Source of the DNA: a virus
Lineage: Duplodnaviria; Caudoviricetes
Virus record (IMG/VR): IMGVR_UViG_3300033068_001704
Span: 96,001-160,000 of that record
DNA length: 64,000 nt
Direction: 5' to 3' (one strand)
In this document: positions 57,721 through 64,000 of the stretch, in pieces
Position numbering within the stretch: position 1 is the first letter of the stretch
How the letters are laid out: each line of letters starts with the position of its first letter
Translations under genes and position numbers: made by a program
Notes under the pieces: model-generated
What the model saw: the letters and a program-made list of their open reading frames with translations, nothing else
What the model was told of the DNA's origin: nothing
Databases searched by the model: none

Positions 57721-58607
57721 AACAGCTCGTGAGCAGGCTTCCCGTTGAGGTCCGGGATGGCGTAGCTCTTCATCTTCTCCCCGATGACGCGAAGCTGAGG
57801 CCCTGAGAGCCGCCGGTTCACGGACACGAACTTCTTCGCTACATCCTCTGCGAACTGCATCGTCCACGCGTCGTTTGCACGACGGGCTGAAACCCAGAGC
57901 TTCCGAAGAGCGTCGAGGCGAAGCTCGCGGACCTCGTCAGGATTCTGGCGCGTGTCGTTGGGGTCTTCTTCGGGGGTCTGGCGTCCGGGGCCCGTACGAG
58001 CCGGCTCCTGACGCTGCTCGATGCGCTGGGGATCGGGGCCTCTGGCAGGCCGACGGTTCTTCGCCTCCGCGATGGCCTCGACCTCTCGGGGCATCAGCAC
58101 GCCCCCGCGCTCGATCTTGCGGTACAGACCGACCATCTCAGCATCGTGATCCCATCCGGGGACTGTCTCGATGCGCTTGATCATGTCCGTCTTGTAGGCG
58201 TCCCGGTCCGCAATGACCGCGATGACATCGTAGAAGTCGGAGGCGCCAAGGTACGCCTTCTTGATGGTCTCGACGCCAGCAGCCCAGGTCTTCTTCCACC
58301 CAACGGTGCGCTTGAAGTGCGACTGGCCCTGGGCCTTCTTGTTCAGCACGCGCCCGGTTACGGTAGAGACGAGGGCGAGCTGCATCGAGGCCTTTCCGAC
58401 CCCCATCGCGTCATCTCTCGATCCGATGGTCGAGGAGAGCTTCACCGCCACCGACGGGGAGAGCTTGAGCAGGTAGACGCCAGCGTACTTCGGGTCACGT
58501 TCCCAGTGGCCTCGGTACCCGATGTCGTTGATCCATTCCTCCAGCTCCTCGCGGGAGATCTGGACGAAGGTGGCGGCGGCAGTTCGACGAGTCATGTTCG
58601 TTTCCAT
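57717..58607 (-). CDS. Hypothetical protein, possibly tagged (RRTAA)
   Basis: Starts 1 nt after the UvrD stop (METNMTRRTAAA). Confidence 0.7.
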   Translation of the reverse strand: METNMTRRTAAATFVQISREELEEWINDIGYRGHWERDPKYAGVYLLKLSPSVAVKLSSTIGSRDDAMGVGKASMQLALVSTVTGRVLNKKAQGQSHFKRTVGWKKTWAAGVETIKKAYLGASDFYDVIAVIADRDAYKTDMIKRIETVPGWDHDAEMVGLYRKIERGGVLMPREVEAIAEAKNRRPARGPDPQRIEQRQEPARTGPGRQTPEEDPNDTRQNPDEVRELRLDALRKLWVSARRANDAWTMQFAEDVAKKFVSVNRRLSGPQLRVIGEKMKSYAIPDLNGKPAHELF

Positions 58608-58608
58608 C

Positions 58609-61600
58609 TCAGATCTCCCCGCTGTCCGCGTAGGTACCCCAGGCGCTCTCCAGATCGTCCGGCTCTTCCGGGGCGAGGGTGGGAAGGACCGGGACCATCT
58701 CTGCGGGAGGCATCTCCTCCGGCAGGTACTCATCGTCCGAGTACGGCATCACGAAGTCGAGAGGGTGAGCAGACTTGAGGTAGTCCTCGAACCCGAGTGC
58801 ACTCGCGCTCGCGCTCTTCTCAGCGTCGGTTTCCGTGGTCCCAGAGAGGGGGACACACGCCTCGTACATGAACTGGCTTGCGGAAATGTCCTTTCCGATG
58901 CCATCCATACGGGGCTCCAGGATCGTGACGCTCTGTTGTCCACGGGTCAGGGCGACATACGCGAGGCGACGCTCCGACTCCATGAGCTTCGGATCACCGG
59001 ACGACCGGCGGTGGGGGAAGCCACCCTGCCACATCGGGACGAAGAGGTTGGCGGTCTCCAGACCCTTCCATCCGTGGACCGTGTCGATCTGGACCGCGTC
59101 GGCCTTGGTGTCCCCGTCGTTCGAGTTCTTCTTGTTCGACTCGACGAGGCTGCTGATGAAGTCCACGAAGGCGATGGCGGTCGGGAAGCGTTCCGCTGCG
59201 CGGCGCAGGGGCTCGATGGGGGCGAGGGCGTAGTTCGCCAGCATCTCCGGGGTGACCTTGCCGTCGTCGTTCTCTTCGGTGGCCTTCATCTGGATCTCTT
59301 CCATCGCCTCGGCATCGTCGAGGAGGGAGGCAGAGAGCGAGTCCACGAAGGTGTCCCCGTCCGGGCCCTTCGAGTTCAGGATGAGGTCGATGACATCCGT
59401 GGCGGAACCGGAAGTCCCAACCTTGACGATCTCCTCCAGGTAGTCCGCGTAGTCCTGAAGCTTGTCCGCCATCTTGCGGTACGAGTAGACCTGGCTCGCC
59501 CCACCTTCCTCGACAAGGAACTTGTAGAAGTCGCGAACCCGCAGCTCCTCCATCTTCCCGCGGATGGTCCGAGCGTTGATGCCGTAGTCAGGTGCCTTCA
59601 GGCCAGCGAGGACACCCTCGTTCCGGGCCTGCACGTCGTCGGTCCGCATGATCGAGAACAGACCGATGATCGGTCCGATCGCGGGGCCCGCCAGGAAGTT
59701 CTTCTTTGACTTGAACGGGATGCCACGCTCGATCATGGCCATCGCGTACCCGTAGACCTCTCGGTTGGTTCGGACAGCGAGCCCGTACCGCGAGTAGAAG
59801 CCCTTCTCGGTGCCGTTCTGCTTCGCTTCCTCGAAGTCGGCGAGGATCGAGTCTGCCATGAACGCGGCGCCATCCTCGGGGGTCTTCACGGAAGCGCGTC
59901 GGATGGTCCCCTCGCCCTTCGCAGGGTCCGTCTTGCAGACCATCGGGATCTGCTTCGAGTTGTAGGCGATGAGCTTGTTGGCAGCCTCGACGATCGCGGA
60001 ACCCGATCGGAAGTTCGTGTCGAGGAGCTTGGTCGCGAACCCTGCGCCGTTCGGGACGAGGTCGCTCTTGTCGATGAACTCGCCCGGGTCAGCGGCGCGG
60101 AACTCGTAGATCGCCTGCTTGTCGTCACCGATGAGGGCGAACGTGTCCGCGCTCATCTTCCCGTCTGCCCTCGGCTTCTGGGTGGCCGGGTCGATGTACC
60201 CAGCGAGCATTCCGAAGAGAAGGTGCTGAGCCTTGTTCAGGTCCTGAGCCTCATCCACGAGGACGCACTTGAACTGCTTCTGGTACTTCGTGAGAAGTTG
60301 CGGGTTCTCGATCAGCTCCCGCGAGGGGATGACGAGCTGGTCGTCGTAGTCGAGGCGTCCCTTGAGCTGGGGGACGTTCCCCTTCAGCCACTCGTACGCC
60401 CCATAGACGGCGGAGAACACGCGCTTCGAGCGAGCCGCGTCGAGCGTCTCCTGGTCGAGCGTGCCCTCCTCGTCCTCGCCGACCCCACTGTCGGTGACGC
60501 TGCCTTCCTTGAAGGCCGCACCGGGAGCGACGAGGCTGTTCTTGCGCAGTCCGACGAACCGAAGGAACTCCCCGACAGGGATGTCCTTCTCTTCGCCCTT
60601 TGCGTCGGTCGTCTTGAAGTCCGCCTCGGTCGCCCCGATGTTGAACCACTGGCTCGCAGGATTGTGCATCCAGTAGTAGAAGGGCGACTTGTCGTGGTCG
60701 AGGTAGCGGAGCTTCCTCTGCGAAGCCGACTCGATCCCCTTCTCGGAGACCGCCCCTGACGTGTCGTCGTCAGCCGCGAAGCGGGGCATGGGCTCTGCCT
60801 CTTCCTCTGAGACGCCCGGCTTCACGAGCACTCCACGGGCAGTGAGGCCGAAGGCGACGGCCGGCTGCGTGATGATGCTCTGGAAGATCTGCTTCTCGTT
60901 CTCCGAGAGCGAGTTCGGATCGCTGCTGGCAGCGAAGACCTCCAGGGCCTTCAGGCCGTTCTCGGCTCTGTCGATTCCGAGGGCTTCACGGACGAACGAG
61001 GTGACAGCCGCCTTGTCGAACGCACGGTTCTTCGCGAACGCCGTGTACCGATCGGGGCTGCGGTAGCGGGGTTCCGCCGGCTTGAACGAGAAGGCCGAGC
61101 TGGATCCGGGGATGCGGATGCGGGCGATCTCGTTGCCGAAGCGCTGGATCCCAGGGCCGAATAGTTCGGCGACGTGCCAGCCAGATCCGGTTGTGATCGT
61201 CTTCACTTCGGGCATCGAGGTGACGATGTCCCGAAGGGTGTCCATCGCGGCCTGGATGATGCTCTTGAAGCGGGCCTCGTCCTGGAAGTAGTAGGCGAGA
61301 GGCGACTTCTCCTCGACGGGGTTGGCGATCGGGGACTTGTCCGCCATCGCCGGGTTCTCGGCGCCCGGCTCGAACGGAGCGCGGTCGGGCTCGTCGATCT
61401 TGTTGGCGCGCGGGGGCGGGTTCGGGAAGAACGTCATCGCATCGTTGGGGATCTCAGGTGCGACCCCGCCCTGGGCGCGCATCTTGACCTGGAGGATTGC
61501 GACCTTGATCAGGTTCGACTGCTCGCTGCCGGTGATCGGCTGGGCGTCCTTGTCGTTCTTGTTCGCCGAGACGCGGTAGCCACGGCCGCTGCGCTTGAGG

Positions 61601-62706
61601 ATGTCCCGCCCGATCGAGTGGGTCGTCCCGATCCCTCGGAACGACTCGTAGGCGCTTCCCGGATCCGGGAGATTCACACCCACGTCCGCGGCGTACTTCA
61701 GGATGCGCTCCCGAAGTTCGGCGGAGGACTTCCGGGTGAACGACACCGCCATCACGTTCGAGATGTTCAGGCCGAGGTCGGAGATGTGGTGGACGACCTT
61801 GCCGGCGAGGACGCGGGTCTTTCCGGACCCGGCCCCAGCGGCCATGACGACCTTGCCGCGCGCCATCATGGCGTCTTCCTGCTCGGGGGTCATCTTCAGC
61901 GTCGCGCCGATGGTGGTCGCGTACCCACCCTTGACCCCATCGCCACCCTTCGCGAGCTTCGATGCGGCGTGGGCCTTCACCGAGGCCGGGTCCTTCGACT
62001 TCTCGGCGACGCGGGTCACCTTGTTCATCAGGTCCGCGTTCTCTTCGGAGACCGCAGCCGCCACGGGGTCGGTCGGGTCGAGAACGTCGAGCTTCCGGTT
62101 GTTCTTCATGACGCGGTCGAGGATCGCGTCGGTGGCAGCAACGTCCACCGCGACCTCTTCGACCTCGGAGACCGGGTTGCCGCAGATCTCGGTGGACTCC
62201 TGGATCCACTTCTTGAGGACCGTGAGCTTCCCACCCGAGGCCATCCGGATCCCAGCCAGCTTGAACAGGCGGGGGATGGGGCTCTCGACCTCGGAAGCCT
62301 GGACGACACGGATCGCCTGCGAGGAGTCATCACCGAAGACGTCACGAAGAACGTTCTGGTGCGACTTCAGTCGCGGGAGGAAGAACTCCAGGAACTGCGT
62401 CCGGTTCGCGTACGCCATGACGCCGCTGCCTCGGAGCGCCTGGTCGAGCCGTGTCTTGATGCGGAGCTTCGCCTTCTCGGCGGCCTCGCGGCAGATCGAG
62501 TCGATCCCTGCATCCACAGACGGGGAAATCCGACGCAGAATGATCGTCGCGTCCCCCCTGTGTGCTCGAAGTCGAGCTGCATCGACCCCCGAGTGGAGCG
62601 CGGGATCTGAGTCCAGATCGGATAGGACCCGGTCTACCGCGGCAACAGCCAGGTAGAAGGAGGTCATGTCGAGGAAGTCGGGGGCCTGGATCTGGTCGTT
62701 TGCCAC
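58609..62706 (-). CDS. UvrD/Rep/PcrA-family SF1 helicase with N-terminal extension and large insertion
   Basis: TPEQ, AGAGSGKT, SFTRKS, VDEAQD, GDDKQAIYEFRAA, TNFRS, TVHGWKGLE, ERRLAYVALTRG. Confidence 0.95.
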   Translation of the reverse strand: MANDQIQAPDFLDMTSFYLAVAAVDRVLSDLDSDPALHSGVDAARLRAHRGDATIILRRISPSVDAGIDSICREAAEKAKLRIKTRLDQALRGSGVMAYANRTQFLEFFLPRLKSHQNVLRDVFGDDSSQAIRVVQASEVESPIPRLFKLAGIRMASGGKLTVLKKWIQESTEICGNPVSEVEEVAVDVAATDAILDRVMKNNRKLDVLDPTDPVAAAVSEENADLMNKVTRVAEKSKDPASVKAHAASKLAKGGDGVKGGYATTIGATLKMTPEQEDAMMARGKVVMAAGAGSGKTRVLAGKVVHHISDLGLNISNVMAVSFTRKSSAELRERILKYAADVGVNLPDPGSAYESFRGIGTTHSIGRDILKRSGRGYRVSANKNDKDAQPITGSEQSNLIKVAILQVKMRAQGGVAPEIPNDAMTFFPNPPPRANKIDEPDRAPFEPGAENPAMADKSPIANPVEEKSPLAYYFQDEARFKSIIQAAMDTLRDIVTSMPEVKTITTGSGWHVAELFGPGIQRFGNEIARIRIPGSSSAFSFKPAEPRYRSPDRYTAFAKNRAFDKAAVTSFVREALGIDRAENGLKALEVFAASSDPNSLSENEKQIFQSIITQPAVAFGLTARGVLVKPGVSEEEAEPMPRFAADDDTSGAVSEKGIESASQRKLRYLDHDKSPFYYWMHNPASQWFNIGATEADFKTTDAKGEEKDIPVGEFLRFVGLRKNSLVAPGAAFKEGSVTDSGVGEDEEGTLDQETLDAARSKRVFSAVYGAYEWLKGNVPQLKGRLDYDDQLVIPSRELIENPQLLTKYQKQFKCVLVDEAQDLNKAQHLLFGMLAGYIDPATQKPRADGKMSADTFALIGDDKQAIYEFRAADPGEFIDKSDLVPNGAGFATKLLDTNFRSGSAIVEAANKLIAYNSKQIPMVCKTDPAKGEGTIRRASVKTPEDGAAFMADSILADFEEAKQNGTEKGFYSRYGLAVRTNREVYGYAMAMIERGIPFKSKKNFLAGPAIGPIIGLFSIMRTDDVQARNEGVLAGLKAPDYGINARTIRGKMEELRVRDFYKFLVEEGGASQVYSYRKMADKLQDYADYLEEIVKVGTSGSATDVIDLILNSKGPDGDTFVDSLSASLLDDAEAMEEIQMKATEENDDGKVTPEMLANYALAPIEPLRRAAERFPTAIAFVDFISSLVESNKKNSNDGDTKADAVQIDTVHGWKGLETANLFVPMWQGGFPHRRSSGDPKLMESERRLAYVALTRGQQSVTILEPRMDGIGKDISASQFMYEACVPLSGTTETDAEKSASASALGFEDYLKSAHPLDFVMPYSDDEYLPEEMPPAEMVPVLPTLAPEEPDDLESAWGTYADSGEI

Positions 62707-62770
62707 GTGGGGATCTCCACTCGCCTACGGCGCGCTACCCTAACCCCCTTATCGCAGGAATAGAGCGACG

Positions 62771-63379
62771 ATGCCTTATCGACACGCACCGCTCCCCGAG
62801 CCTGATGTTGCGGGGCTAGACACTGCCTTCTGGCAACAGAAGAATACCGTCTCGGGGGAGGGCTCTGCAATCCGATCGGCGGACACGCAGATCGTCAACG
62901 GTCTTACGCGTTTCGTCCAGGATTGGTACAAGGAAACGCAGCGGCGCTACCCGACGACGTACCACGTCATCCTCCACGACCTGAACCAGGCGGCGAGCGG
63001 GCGCGGTACGTACCTGAAGGTCCGTGGGAAATCGAGGTTCCTCCTTGGGGTCCTCGCCTCGATCGCGGAGCTGGGGGGATGGCTCTCGGTGAACCCCGAG
63101 CTGTTCGACCAGGCGAAGGCCACGCACGCTGAGGTGTCGGCTTCGGTCAAGGAGTCCGCGATCCGGTGGTCCCAGCAGGACCCTCAGATCCGCCGTGTCC
63201 TTTCGGCCGCGTTTCGGTCGAACTCAGCGAAGTTGGACCCGGATCTCCTGTACGGGTACCCCATTCCGCCCGAAGACATCATGGAGGGGGTGTACTTCCG
63301 CTCGGTTGCGCAGTACGACTTCTTGTTCTTCGAGTCCCCCCGGACGGCTCAGAACCTGTTTCTGTACCTGTACGGCTGA
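62771..63379 (+). CDS. Hypothetical protein
   Basis: Divergent from UvrD; CCTTATC element 17 nt upstream. Confidence 0.7.
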   Translation: MPYRHAPLPEPDVAGLDTAFWQQKNTVSGEGSAIRSADTQIVNGLTRFVQDWYKETQRRYPTTYHVILHDLNQAASGRGTYLKVRGKSRFLLGVLASIAELGGWLSVNPELFDQAKATHAEVSASVKESAIRWSQQDPQIRRVLSAAFRSNSAKLDPDLLYGYPIPPEDIMEGVYFRSVAQYDFLFFESPRTAQNLFLYLYG

Positions 63380-63404
63380 TTCCCTGGGTCCCTGACCCCC
63401 CTAG

Positions 63405-63425
63405 TGACGGTAACGCTTACCGTCA
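63405..63425. promoter_or_regulatory. Perfect inverted repeat over a GTAA element
   Basis: TGACGGTAA-CGC-TTACCGTCA; its last base is the A of the ATG. Confidence 0.6.
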
Positions 63426-64000
63426 TGTCTCAGAATGATCTCGCGGCCCTACACGCCAAACTCAAAGACATCCGGACGCGCACGGACCTCCAGACGCGAC
63501 CCACCCCGCTTCTGAAGCTGAAGTTCATCGCGCTCGACGGGAGCGAGCGCGAGGTCAAGCTCCGCTACTACCAGGTTCAGGGGGTCATGCACCTCCTGGC
63601 CATGAAGCGGTTCCTGCTGGGGGACGACACAGGCCTTGGAAAGACGCTTCAGTCGATCGCCGCCCTCTGCTTTCTTTGGGAGCGGAAGCCCGACCTCAAG
63701 GTTGTGATTCTCACGACGAAGTCGGCGGTCGAGCAGTGGGCCTCGGAGTTCGAGCGGTTCACCACCATCCCTCGACCCCTGGTTTGCCGGGGAAACCCAG
63801 CTCAGCGGACGAAGATCAGGGAGAAGTTCATGGCGACCGAGGGCCCGGCCGTCATGGTCATGGGGTATCGGTCCGCTGTCCAGGATCTCACGGAGATCCA
63901 GGAGTGGGGTGGGTTCATCCTCATCACGGATGAGGCGACGGCCTACAAGAACCAGAAGACGCAGTGCCACCAGGTCATTCGGCACCTTTCGATGCGGGCG
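63425..64000 (+). CDS. Second SNF2-family helicase, 3' partial (not in ORF track)
   Basis: MSQNDL...LRYYQVQGV..LLGDDTGLGKTLQ..QWASEFERF..ITDEATAYKN; open to the window end. Confidence 0.9.
   Translation, partial: MSQNDLAALHAKLKDIRTRTDLQTRPTPLLKLKFIALDGSEREVKLRYYQVQGVMHLLAMKRFLLGDDTGLGKTLQSIAALCFLWERKPDLKVVILTTKSAVEQWASEFERFTTIPRPLVCRGNPAQRTKIREKFMATEGPAVMVMGYRSAVQDLTEIQEWGGFILITDEATAYKNQKTQCHQVIRHLSMRA

Larger units (their letters stand above)
1..64000. mobile_element. Segment of a large myovirus-like (jumbo-type) phage or prophage genome
   Basis: Neck-sheath-tube-chaperones-tape measure-hub gene order, oversized virion proteins, many short hypothetical ORFs, helicases and an HNH-like gene; no host core genes. 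Confidence 0.9.

Noticed and set aside
60430-61480. Intein in UvrD
   Set aside because: No C/S-start block, HN-C/S/T end or LAGLIDADG motifs
1-64000. CRISPR arrays, tRNA/rRNA genes, stop-codon recoding
   Set aside because: No spaced repeats or cloverleafs seen by eye; standard-code ORFs tile the window and all three stop codons are used

Overview
High-GC, gene-dense segment of a large (jumbo-type) contractile-tailed phage or prophage; no cellular housekeeping genes, capsid, portal or terminase are visible in this window. The centre (17.1-41.9 kb) is a neck/tail module: neck and completion proteins, a 1768-aa sheath, tube, two chaperone-like genes, tape measure, two paralogous tube-initiator proteins and a 1623-aa hub with an internal N-acetylmuramidase. 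More large virion genes lie at 44.6-56.6 kb. An actin-superfamily ATPase sits among the neck genes. The flanks carry two SNF2 helicases, an enlarged UvrD, a vWA protein, a small ABC ATPase, zincin metalloproteases and myxobacterial-style envelope proteins (di-haem cytochrome c lipoprotein, TPR protein, RCC1-repeat lipoprotein), which suggest a Myxococcota host (inference). The most striking pattern is a set of unrelated proteins sharing short peptide tags (LRxxxIRLAHxKPExRxxLLPxL and S/A-RVAS(RFL), with (R/K)xA junctions) attached to variable cargo domains, including three zincins. I interpret this as a candidate capsid-loading and proteolytic-maturation system for injected effectors. Two recurring promoter-like elements are also visible: GTAA before non-structural units and YYCTAT before virion and tagged genes. 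All calls come from motif reading by eye; no database searches were run.
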